From Candidatus Methanomethylophilaceae archaeon (GTDB lineage Archaea > Thermoplasmatota > Thermoplasmata > Methanomassiliicoccales > Methanomethylophilaceae), in assembly GCA_944320495.1 (NCBI GenBank), contig CALUHR010000005.1, positions 96,001 through 160,000 on the forward strand: 64,000 nucleotides of DNA. Reading direction: 5' to 3'. Of this stretch, positions 38,413 to 46,367 are shown one piece after another. A program made the position numbers and the translations under genes. The notes beneath the pieces were generated by a model. The model was not told the DNA's origin. It was given only the letters and a program-made list of their open reading frames with translations, and made no database searches. Each line of letters opens with the position of its first letter. The stretch's first letter is position 1.

Positions 38413-38816
38413 GCCGTGTGTTCAGCGGTGAGGGTGTCGTCCCCGACTCCGTCCGCATAGGCGGACTGCAGGACGGGCTCGCCGAGTCCATCCTGTCCGT
38501 ATGGAAGGGCTTCGACATGCCCTTTGATCCGGATTTCGACGGGGCCTTTTGGAACTCCGTCCCCGTCGTGCCGTGCGTCGAGGAGGTCTGCAACCTCCCC
38601 GACGGGGACGCTCTCGTCTACCGCGGATGGCAGACCGACGCCTACGGACCGCTAACCGCCGTTTCCGAGCTCTGGTACGTCGCCGACGACGGCACTTGGG
38701 TTCGCGTCCGCGACGTCCGTTCCGAGGCCTTCAGGTCCATCACTCTCATCCTCAGGGAGGCCCAGCGATGGCCCAGAGGTTCGACGTCGGGGACGCCTCC
38801 TATGACGGCCAGATAA
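38409..38816 (+). CDS. Hypothetical protein
   Basis: ATGA-coupled; element-like codon usage. Confidence 0.7.
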   Translation: MSRVFSGEGVVPDSVRIGGLQDGLAESILSVWKGFDMPFDPDFDGAFWNSVPVVPCVEEVCNLPDGDALVYRGWQTDAYGPLTAVSELWYVADDGTWVRVRDVRSEAFRSITLILREAQRWPRGSTSGTPPMTAR

Positions 38817-39238
38817 TATGCCCCGTCTGCGGGGGATACGTCCCGAGGGGACACATCTTCCGCTATCTCAGGGGCCCTGGGTGCCGCTACGTCGAGCTCA
38901 GCACCTGCCCGTGCGGGACCGAGGTTCTCTGCACCAGGCCGTTCGGCATATACGACTCGGAAGGCAATCCTTCCGAGATTGAATGGGTCTCGGATGACGG
39001 TCATTGGGCGATTCTCGGCGTCGGCCCGACCTCCTACGGCATCGCGGTCGAGATGGAGCACCCTGTCGCCATGATGGAGTATCTCTGGCCGGAGGACGAC
39101 TCCGTCTGCTACGTCTTCATGGACGCCGACGGGAACATGGAGTGGGTAGTCGGCCCCGACGAGGTTGAGATGCCCCAGGACTTCATTGATGAGGTCCGCG
39201 CCCGCCTGGACGCTGTCCGCAGGGAGGTGTCCGCATGA
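38768..39238 (+). CDS. Hypothetical protein with N-terminal CPVCG...CPCG Zn ribbon
   Basis: SD GGAGG upstream of ATG 38768. Confidence 0.7.
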   Translation: MAQRFDVGDASYDGQIICPVCGGYVPRGHIFRYLRGPGCRYVELSTCPCGTEVLCTRPFGIYDSEGNPSEIEWVSDDGHWAILGVGPTSYGIAVEMEHPVAMMEYLWPEDDSVCYVFMDADGNMEWVVGPDEVEMPQDFIDEVRARLDAVRREVSA

Positions 39239-39654
39239 TGTCCCCGAAGGACCTGCTCTACGCATCGGCCTTCGCGGACATCGTCCGCCTCTGGCCGAAC
39301 GCCCCCGTGGCGTCCGTCGTGAGATTCCTGGACTCCAACAGGGAGAGGGCTTCGAAGGCCCTCTCCTCCATGGAGGACCCCTTCATGATCCTCACCGTCA
39401 TCGAGACGGAGTACGACGAAGAAGGCAACCTGATCTCCGCCCGTCCCCGCACGGGCGGTGCCGACTGGGCCCGCGCCCGCATCGAGGACCCGGAGACCGT
39501 CGCCCGCGAGAGGAACAACCTCCGCCGCGTCGTAGAGTACTTCGACTGCGTGATGGAGCTCAACGAGCTCACGGGCCTGCTCGAACGTCACAAGTACGGC
39601 AAGGCCGAGAAGTTCATCGCCAGGAGGACCCGCCGATGGCCGTCTCCATCCTGA
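39235..39654 (+). CDS. Hypothetical helical protein
   Basis: ATGA-coupled after GGAGGTG. Confidence 0.7.
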   Translation: MMSPKDLLYASAFADIVRLWPNAPVASVVRFLDSNRERASKALSSMEDPFMILTVIETEYDEEGNLISARPRTGGADWARARIEDPETVARERNNLRRVVEYFDCVMELNELTGLLERHKYGKAEKFIARRTRRWPSPS

Positions 39655-40184
39655 GATGCCCCGGCGGCTCCCGCACGGCGGCCGCCATCGCCCGCGCCTG
39701 GGACACGAGGGACCGCGACGACGTCTGCCTCGATGCGGACGTCTGGAAGGTCACCTCCCCCGGATCGAGGATCGCCGTCCTCTCCGAGGCCAACCCCCGC
39801 ATCACCCTCCAGCTGGCCCACCGCACGCAGGAGATGGGGCCGGTGACTGAGCGCTACGTCTCCTTCGTCCTTTGGAGGGAGAATCTCGGCTACCGCGCCG
39901 TGACGGACATCCGCACGTCCGGCGGGGACGTCGTCGTCGAGTACGACGAGTCCCCGGACGTCCCCGTCATCGGGGGGAACGACCTCCCGTCCTACTACGA
40001 GACCCGGATCTCGTCCCCCCGCCCCGACGCCGTCTGCACCACGTCCTACATCGTCTGCTTCGGGTGCGTCGTCACCAGGGCGAAGAACGGATGGAGGGTC
40101 ACCATCAACGGGAACACCATCCCCGTCGACCGCTTCACCGTCTGCGGGGACAGGGTCGTCTTCCACAGGGAGGGGTCGGCATGA
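39636..40184 (+). CDS. Hypothetical protein
   Basis: SD upstream of ATG 39636; C-ending codon bias. Confidence 0.7.
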   Translation: MAVSILRCPGGSRTAAAIARAWDTRDRDDVCLDADVWKVTSPGSRIAVLSEANPRITLQLAHRTQEMGPVTERYVSFVLWRENLGYRAVTDIRTSGGDVVVEYDESPDVPVIGGNDLPSYYETRISSPRPDAVCTTSYIVCFGCVVTRAKNGWRVTINGNTIPVDRFTVCGDRVVFHREGSA

Positions 40185-40456
40185 ACGGCACCCGCCGTCC
40201 CATCGCGGACGTCAGGAGGTCCCTCCGCCTTCTCGGGTACGAGGAGGTCACGCTCTACTACTCGAAGTACAGCGACTTCCTCGACTACTACAAGGACGAC
40301 CGTCACGTCGTCCTCAACGCTCACAGCTACCGCTTCAGGGTCTCCGACAGGGAGTCCTCGGCCTTCATCGCCGACGAATGCACCCCGTCCCCGGAGCCGT
40401 GGTACTCTGAGATCGTGGCCGCGCTCTACGCGGAACCGAGGGAGGTATCGGCCTGA
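40181..40456 (+). CDS. Hypothetical protein
   Basis: ATGA-coupled; followed by a hairpin. Confidence 0.7.
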   Translation: MNGTRRPIADVRRSLRLLGYEEVTLYYSKYSDFLDYYKDDRHVVLNAHSYRFRVSDRESSAFIADECTPSPEPWYSEIVAALYAEPREVSA

Positions 40457-40457
40457 A

Positions 40458-40480
40458 CGGATGCGGCTTCGCAGCATCCG
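40458..40480 (+). terminator. Hairpin closing the first element operon
   Basis: CGGATGC-GGCTTCGCA-GCATCCG. Confidence 0.55.
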
Positions 40481-40651
40481 GACCGTCCGATTTCCACGCA
40501 ATTTCTGAACTGGGAGTGACCGAAATGTTTATGAATGAATTCGTAGACAATTTCGTACATAGTTCATCTCAGTTCACGCATCTGGCTGTACCCCATTTCA
40601 GGTCTTTGAGTTCGATTAATGGAACCGACCTGAACCAGGCTGTGTGAGTGC

Positions 40652-41920
40652 ATGTCCCGCCCCCGCTCGGACAGGCTCGGCGACAACCGCATCATGGTCG
40701 CCATCTCGATCCTCGGATTGGACGAGAACGGCAGGCTGAGGACCCAGTCCGAGGTCGCTTCCGACCTCGCGATGGGCAAGTCCACCGTGAATGCGTGCGT
40801 CCGCGACCTTATTTCGGGCGGATACATCGTCGAGGTGGGCAAGTCCCGCCGCGACAAGTACTACGGAAGGGGTCCCCGCTGGGCCCTCCTCGAATCCCAG
40901 ATCTCCGACGAGATCAGGGACAAGATGAGGAATCTCAGGTCGGTTCGGAAAACCAGACCCCCTGCCTCTCAGCGGAACCGTTCCGAGGTCCCCGAGGACG
41001 ACGATTCGGCTTCACAGGGCTTAACCGCCGAGAACGGCGGAAACCCCCCGCAGATCGCGTGGGAGGTCCACCGTCCCGGCGGCGGGTACGTCTTCGGAGT
41101 CGAGAGGGAGGGCATCATCGACAGGGTGCCCCTCAAGGTGACCGACCCCTCCTCGAAGAAGGAGAGGACCGTCATGCAGTCCCTCTTCTCCCAGCCCTCC
41201 TACGAGGTCGACGGGGGCGTCTGCTGGTCCGACAGGTTCATCCTCCCGGGCAACAGCAAGGGCAACAGGTTCGCCATCCGCTATCACAGGACGGCGTCCA
41301 AGAGGCTGTTCTACGTCATCCCCGACTTCGAGGTCCTCGTATCCACCGAGGAGGCCACCTCCAAGGAGGCCCTCGTACGCGCCTTCGTCGCCGCCTGCAC
41401 GCCGATGCTGATGTGGCTCGAGCGCTACGCGGGATGGGTCTTCCTCAAGGACGACAGGGGCGTCTACGTCCTCCTTTCGGACATCAAGGTCACCCAGATC
41501 CACCGCGCCATGCGCGGGGAGCTGAACACCCTGATTACCGACCTCACCGACGGTGCCTTCGTCGGCAACGGCGAGGTCTGGACGGACTGCTCCCCTGGTT
41601 CCCCCGAGTTCGAGACGAACAGCGTCGACTACGTCGAGGCCATCGTCGCCCTCCCGGAGACCCGCGCCAAGGCGGACTTCGCGTGCAGGGAGATCCCCGT
41701 CATCAAGCAGGACCTCGCGTCGCTCCACCGCGACGTCGAGGAGCTCACGGACATCTCCCGCCGTCTCTACGACGTCTCGCTCAACATCGTCCGCACGGAG
41801 TCCAACACCCTCCGCATCATCTCCAACAGCCAGACCACCTTCGATCGCTTCGCTCCCGACGGCGTCACCGTCACCGACGCCGACGGGGCGGAATCGCAAC
41901 CTCCGAGGGGATACCAGTGA
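40652..41920 (+). CDS. N-terminal winged-HTH protein, possible replication initiator
   Basis: TQSEVASDLAMGKSTVNACVRDLISGGYI HTH; largest non-enzyme ORF; C-terminal coiled coil; follows an AT-rich gap. Function uncertain. Confidence 0.6.
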   Translation: MSRPRSDRLGDNRIMVAISILGLDENGRLRTQSEVASDLAMGKSTVNACVRDLISGGYIVEVGKSRRDKYYGRGPRWALLESQISDEIRDKMRNLRSVRKTRPPASQRNRSEVPEDDDSASQGLTAENGGNPPQIAWEVHRPGGGYVFGVEREGIIDRVPLKVTDPSSKKERTVMQSLFSQPSYEVDGGVCWSDRFILPGNSKGNRFAIRYHRTASKRLFYVIPDFEVLVSTEEATSKEALVRAFVAACTPMLMWLERYAGWVFLKDDRGVYVLLSDIKVTQIHRAMRGELNTLITDLTDGAFVGNGEVWTDCSPGSPEFETNSVDYVEAIVALPETRAKADFACREIPVIKQDLASLHRDVEELTDISRRLYDVSLNIVRTESNTLRIISNSQTTFDRFAPDGVTVTDADGAESQPPRGYQ

Positions 41921-42285
41921 GCCAATCCCTCGGCGGGTTCAGCCCCAAGACTTCTGGGGGTGTTTCTTTGGTTCTCATTCAGGATAAGATAAATGATATT
42001 CTGGAATCCGCGGAGGATCAGCTCCGCGACATGGAGCTCCCGCGCGACCTCAAGCGCGAGAACCCCATGGACAGGCTCAAGACCCTGTCCCGTCTGATAG
42101 ACTACAAGTCATCCTCGATGGCGTTCGAGTTCTCCTCCCTGGAGACCTGCGTCAAGCACAACAGGATCATGCTCGAGGCCCAGCTGGACTCCTACGCCCA
42201 GCTTGTCCGCGACGTCCTCCTGCTGTCCCTCGAGGCCGAGCACAATCTGATGCTCCTTGCCGGCCGCATGGAGGTGGAGGGATGA
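41917..42285 (+). CDS. Hypothetical helical protein
   Basis: GTGA overlap with the upstream stop; ends at an SD/ATGA junction. Confidence 0.55.
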   Translation: MSQSLGGFSPKTSGGVSLVLIQDKINDILESAEDQLRDMELPRDLKRENPMDRLKTLSRLIDYKSSSMAFEFSSLETCVKHNRIMLEAQLDSYAQLVRDVLLLSLEAEHNLMLLAGRMEVEG

Positions 42286-42494
42286 CCCTCTTCGTCATGG
42301 GCTTCGACGTCGACCTCAAGGGCGTCCTTGTCGAGGCCGACTCCGCCATCGAGGCCATGGAGAAGGCACCGAACGCCGTCATCTCCCGCATCTTCTCCGT
42401 GATAGATGCGGACGGCGTGGGGGCCGAGGTCAGCAAGATCGATACCTACTGCGAGGAGCTCGTCGGCGACGAGGACATCCTGGAGGTGGACTGA
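42282..42494 (+). CDS. Small acidic hypothetical protein
   Basis: ATGA-coupled, TGATG-coupled to the next gene. Confidence 0.65.
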   Translation: MTLFVMGFDVDLKGVLVEADSAIEAMEKAPNAVISRIFSVIDADGVGAEVSKIDTYCEELVGDEDILEVD

Positions 42495-42886
42495 TGGCCG
42501 ACCCAGTCATCATCCCCGTCACCATCCCCATAGGGGTCGCCAGGGAGATCCTCGGACTCTTCCGCGCCGGCCGTTCCAACGTCCGCGTGGAACCCGAACT
42601 CTCGCCCCGCGGTACCCCGCTCAGATGGTACCGCGAGAACGACGGCTACCCCGACCTCTATCTCGATCTCACCGACGACACCTGCCTCCGCTACGGCCCC
42701 TACAACCCGGCCGTCGTCGGCGGCGACTCCCGCTTCGTCGTCGAGCTCGTCGTGGACGACTGGGCCGTCGGCACAGTCGAGGATGCGTCCATCGAGGACG
42801 CGGAGATCGAACGCCAGCTCGTCCTCGTTCTCTCCACCGGACACGAGTACCACATCTGCATCGACCCCGAGGAGGTGTCCGCATGA
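42494..42886 (+). CDS. Hypothetical protein
   Basis: TGATG coupling. Confidence 0.65.
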   Translation: MADPVIIPVTIPIGVAREILGLFRAGRSNVRVEPELSPRGTPLRWYRENDGYPDLYLDLTDDTCLRYGPYNPAVVGGDSRFVVELVVDDWAVGTVEDASIEDAEIERQLVLVLSTGHEYHICIDPEEVSA

Positions 42887-43080
42887 GCTGCCGTGACGTG
42901 CTCGCCACGCTCCGCACCGAGGGACCCCTCACCTCCCGCCAGATCAGCGAGAGGAGCAGATGCTCCATGTCCTCCACCCAGAAGAGCGTCAGGACGCTCA
43001 GCGACGAGGGCCGCATCCGCGTCCACTCGTCCACCACGGTCCGCGGGAACGTCATCATCACCTGGGAGGTGGTGGCTTGA
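42883..43080 (+). CDS. Small winged-HTH protein
   Basis: LRTEGPLTSRQISERSRCSMSSTQKSVRTLSDEGRI. Confidence 0.75.
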   Translation: MSCRDVLATLRTEGPLTSRQISERSRCSMSSTQKSVRTLSDEGRIRVHSSTTVRGNVIITWEVVA

Positions 43081-43388
43081 ACAACATCTTCGCCCGCATC
43101 GTCGACCACACGGTGATGGCCGCCCTCTCCGCGATCCGCGAGGAGCCCGGCATAACCCTCACCGCCCTGAGCGACCGTCGCATCCCGTCCGTCAGGCAGA
43201 ACGTGAGGATGCTCTCCGAGTACGGCTACATCTCCCAGGAGACCAAGGGCCATGCGAACCATCTCACCCTCTCCGACAGGGGGAACTTCCTGCTGGACAT
43301 GATGCAGACCGTCAACGCCTACGTCGAGGTGGACGCGGCCGCTGTATCCCGCAGGATGGCCGAGATAGGGGGTGCCGCCGTTGAGTGA
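43077..43388 (+). CDS. Winged-HTH (MarR-like) protein
   Basis: IREEPGITLTAL...LSEYGYI...LTLSDRG; TTG start. Confidence 0.7.
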   Translation: MNNIFARIVDHTVMAALSAIREEPGITLTALSDRRIPSVRQNVRMLSEYGYISQETKGHANHLTLSDRGNFLLDMMQTVNAYVEVDAAAVSRRMAEIGGAAVE

Positions 43389-43701
43389 CTACAACCCCTA
43401 CAGCAGGATCGTCTCCCGTACCGTCTACCGCGTGCTCAGGCTGATCCACGACGCCCCCGGAACCACGAAGACGCAGCTCAACTGGAGGAACGACGCCCAC
43501 GGACGCCGGACCATCGACACGCTCGTCAGGGACGGCTACATCGACGCGGTTCCCACGGATGACCGGAGGGGCAACCGTCTGACTCTGTCCCCCAAGGGGA
43601 CGGAGCTCCTGTCCCTCATGGAGAGCATCACCGTCCTCACGCTGGACGACTGCCGTCGCTTCGACGGGCTCGACATCGTCGGAGGTGGACAGCTTGACTG
43701 A
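43381..43701 (+). CDS. Winged-HTH (MarR-like) protein
   Basis: IHDAPGTTKTQL...LVRDGYI...LTLSPKG; paralog of the upstream gene. Confidence 0.7.
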   Translation: MSDYNPYSRIVSRTVYRVLRLIHDAPGTTKTQLNWRNDAHGRRTIDTLVRDGYIDAVPTDDRRGNRLTLSPKGTELLSLMESITVLTLDDCRRFDGLDIVGGGQLD

Positions 43702-44149
43702 TTCCGCATCCGTCGGCAGGACTGCCGTCCTCTACGTCCGTATGTCGCGGTACAGCACCGTCGACGAGGTTGAGCAGATCGGCAAGATGCTCGAGTGGTG
43801 CGCCGAACACGACGTCGCCGTCGCGAGGATCTTCCGCGACGACGAGGCGTCCGGTGCAGAGGGGCGTGTCGGACTCGACGAGCTCATCGGATACGCCATG
43901 AGGCGCAGGCCCGACATTCTGCTTGCATGGTCCGTTGACACGCTCTACGACGGTTGCTCCGAGAACGCGGGACTGAACTCGCTTTGCCGTGACTGCGGGA
44001 TGTCCATCGTCCTCGCATCGTCCGATCTCGAGTTCGACAATCCCGATGGCAGGATAATCGCGATGGTCGTCGCTCTGCTCTCGGATACCGCCTTCAGGCA
44101 TGATCTGCTCGCCAACATGCGTCAGTGCGGGGGTGTCTGCCATGAGTGA
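43694..44149 (+). CDS. Serine recombinase catalytic-domain-only protein, degenerate
   Basis: AVLYVRMS present, but the DRLxR motif is replaced by WSVDTLYD; no DNA-binding domain. Confidence 0.75.
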   Translation: MTDSASVGRTAVLYVRMSRYSTVDEVEQIGKMLEWCAEHDVAVARIFRDDEASGAEGRVGLDELIGYAMRRRPDILLAWSVDTLYDGCSENAGLNSLCRDCGMSIVLASSDLEFDNPDGRIIAMVVALLSDTAFRHDLLANMRQCGGVCHE

Positions 44150-44942
44150 CTCCCCGTACAACGGCATGACGGCGGTTCTCTACGCCCGCGTATCCACCGA
44201 CGACAAGGGACAGACCACCGAATCTCAGGTAAGGGAGATGAAGAAGTGGTGCGAGGCCAATGGCGTCGAGATCCTCGGAATCTATCAGGAGGAGCAGTCC
44301 GCCAAGGACCTGGACCGCCATGAGCTCGATTCGGTTCTCGGGCGCATCGCAAGGGGAGGTGTCAACATCCTCCTGGCGTGGTCGGAGTCTCGTCTGTCGC
44401 GTGACACCAAAGACATGGAGTACATCGTCGCGCAGACGAATCAGTACCACACCGTCATACGCTACGTTACCAACTCGGCCACCGCGCCGGAGGACGCCAA
44501 CGGCAAGCTGCTGAACAACATCGGCACATGGCAGGCGCAGGTTGAGCGTGAGAAGCTCTCCATCAACACCAAGAACGGGATGCTCACAGCGAAGCTCGAC
44601 GGCAAGCACTGCGGTCGCATGCTCGCGTTCTGCTTCTCCCACAGGGTTGCGGAGAACAGGCCGATGGTGCAGACTTCCCCCGATGCGAAGAAGCGCACCG
44701 TCATCATGTCGCTTGACAGCGTCATGGACCTTGCCCGTCAGGGCTATACGGTGAACTATGCGGCGAAGATGATCATAGGCATCGACCCTAAGACGCTCCG
44801 CAACGCACTGAAGAAGGAAGGTGTCCTCGAAGAGTATGAAAATCTCTCGGAAATGGCCCGTCTGAGACGGGAACAAGGGGTTGCGGGAACAAGGGTATCG
44901 GAACCCCCCGAAACAACGGGAACAAGGGGTGATGCCCTATGA
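44142..44942 (+). CDS. Serine recombinase (resolvase/invertase family) with C-terminal HTH
   Basis: AVLYARVSTDDKGQ, WSESRLSRD, ERExxxxxTKxG, C-terminal NYAAKMIIGIDPKTLRNAL. Confidence 0.9.
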   Translation: MSDSPYNGMTAVLYARVSTDDKGQTTESQVREMKKWCEANGVEILGIYQEEQSAKDLDRHELDSVLGRIARGGVNILLAWSESRLSRDTKDMEYIVAQTNQYHTVIRYVTNSATAPEDANGKLLNNIGTWQAQVEREKLSINTKNGMLTAKLDGKHCGRMLAFCFSHRVAENRPMVQTSPDAKKRTVIMSLDSVMDLARQGYTVNYAAKMIIGIDPKTLRNALKKEGVLEEYENLSEMARLRREQGVAGTRVSEPPETTGTRGDAL

Positions 44943-44989
44943 CGGGAACAAGGGAACCCTTGTTCACGCTCGATGAACCCTTGTTCACG
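44868..44989. repeat. Cluster of GAACAAGGG repeats: four direct plus two inverted
   Basis: CGGGAACAAGGG at 44868, 44884, 44917, 44943; AACCCTTGTTCACG at 44955, 44976. Confidence 0.92.
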
Positions 44990-45406
44990 ACTGAAGGACC
45001 CAAGGAGGACGTTTCCGCGCCCACTTCGGTGCGTGCCTACGTCATGATGCCTCCGAGCGTCGTCGGTCGCTTCAAGGAGATCGTCGTCGCAGAGCGTCGC
45101 ACGACGTCCGTCGTGATGCAGAGATGCGTAGAGGACTTCCTCTCCAAGGCGAACAACGAACCCCGCCCGTACATACCGTACCCTCTCCACGACGAGAAGA
45201 ACGTGAAGATGTACTACACGCTCCCATCGTCGCTCAATGAGTCGTTGAGACGCAGATCGAAAGAGGAAGGACGCGATGTTGCGACTCTCCTTCTCCGCGC
45301 ACTGCTCGACTACTGCGAGGGGAGTCCGGACGATCCCGTCAAGCTGAGATTCGGCGGATCGCAGATTTCGGGCGACTCGAGTTCGAACGGAGGGATGGTC
45401 GGATGA
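44939..45406 (+). CDS. Tandem ribbon-helix-helix (CopG-like) protein
   Basis: Two strand-helix-helix repeats (YVMMPPSVVGRFKEIV...; YYTLPSSLNESLRRRS...). Confidence 0.65.
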   Translation: MTGTREPLFTLDEPLFTTEGPKEDVSAPTSVRAYVMMPPSVVGRFKEIVVAERRTTSVVMQRCVEDFLSKANNEPRPYIPYPLHDEKNVKMYYTLPSSLNESLRRRSKEEGRDVATLLLRALLDYCEGSPDDPVKLRFGGSQISGDSSSNGGMVG

Positions 45407-45768
45407 CTGACCATCCTTGGGATGAACTCGGTCGTCCCGATGACAACGGGTGCGAGGGACAGCAGGAGGTCACACCTTCCGCAGACGAGTACGAAGTACC
45501 CATCGTCATCTCCTCGAAGACGGCGGACCTCCTCGAGACTGCGATCCGCACGTTCGGGCTCGACGCCGACTCGACGATCCGCGCGCTGCTCGAGTCTCTC
45601 GACTGCTGCGGATTCGAGACGCCGTCCCTCCTCCCTCCCCATATAGATTCTATTATAGGGGAGAGGGTCGGGGACGGGAACTTCCACAGCAGGGACGAGG
45701 CCATCCGCCACTACGTCCTGCTCGGGCTCTACCACGAGCAGTCCGCGACAGGGGGGTGCTTCCTCTGA
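45403..45768 (+). CDS. Ribbon-helix-helix-like protein
   Basis: PIVISSKTADLL... and GNFHSRDEAIRHYV (CopG/ParD-like). Confidence 0.55.
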   Translation: MTDHPWDELGRPDDNGCEGQQEVTPSADEYEVPIVISSKTADLLETAIRTFGLDADSTIRALLESLDCCGFETPSLLPPHIDSIIGERVGDGNFHSRDEAIRHYVLLGLYHEQSATGGCFL

Positions 45769-46367
45769 ACACCATCTACCGCAAGACCGCGGACAGCACC
45801 CTCAGGTGCGTGGAGGAGCGCGCCCGCACCGTCAACACCGACGACAGCTTCGTGATGGGCGTAACCGACCTCTTCGTCTACGGCGAGTACACCGGCGGAA
45901 GGGGACCCTACGGGAGCCTCGATGTCGGCGTCCGCCTCTCCTGCAAGTGGGAGGGCGAGACCGCCCGCTACCTCATGGAGCTCAAGCGCGACGAGCACCG
46001 CTACAAGGACGGCAAGGACCGCCAGAACTGGCCGGCCCTCGAGGTCCTCAAGTACCTCAGGAGCCGCCGCACCGTGACGATCCGTCTCTTCGGGGACGAG
46101 CCCACGCCGAGGGACGCCATACCCCTCGCGCTGGTGCCCGTCACGATCCAGAACGAGCAGCCCCCCACCGTGAGGCGCTGCGACTGCGGATGCAGGGCCA
46201 GGCTGAACAAGGTGTCCGAGAACGGGTTCACCACCTACTCCGTCGGATGCTGGGGCTGCAAGAGGTTCACGAAGCCGAGGGCGACCCTCGTTGAGGCCGT
46301 CAGGGATTGGAACGGGGGTGACTGCTATTACCTCCGATCTCGGACCCCGCATACCCACCGAGGATGA
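45756..46367 (+). CDS. Degenerate nucleotidyltransferase-like domain fused to a Lar-like Zn finger
   Basis: LFVYGEY...SLDVGVRL resembles the MNT GS..DxD motif; C-terminal CDCG...CWGC...EAVRDWN. Confidence 0.5.
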   Translation: MLPLNTIYRKTADSTLRCVEERARTVNTDDSFVMGVTDLFVYGEYTGGRGPYGSLDVGVRLSCKWEGETARYLMELKRDEHRYKDGKDRQNWPALEVLKYLRSRRTVTIRLFGDEPTPRDAIPLALVPVTIQNEQPPTVRRCDCGCRARLNKVSENGFTTYSVGCWGCKRFTKPRATLVEAVRDWNGGDCYYLRSRTPHTHRG

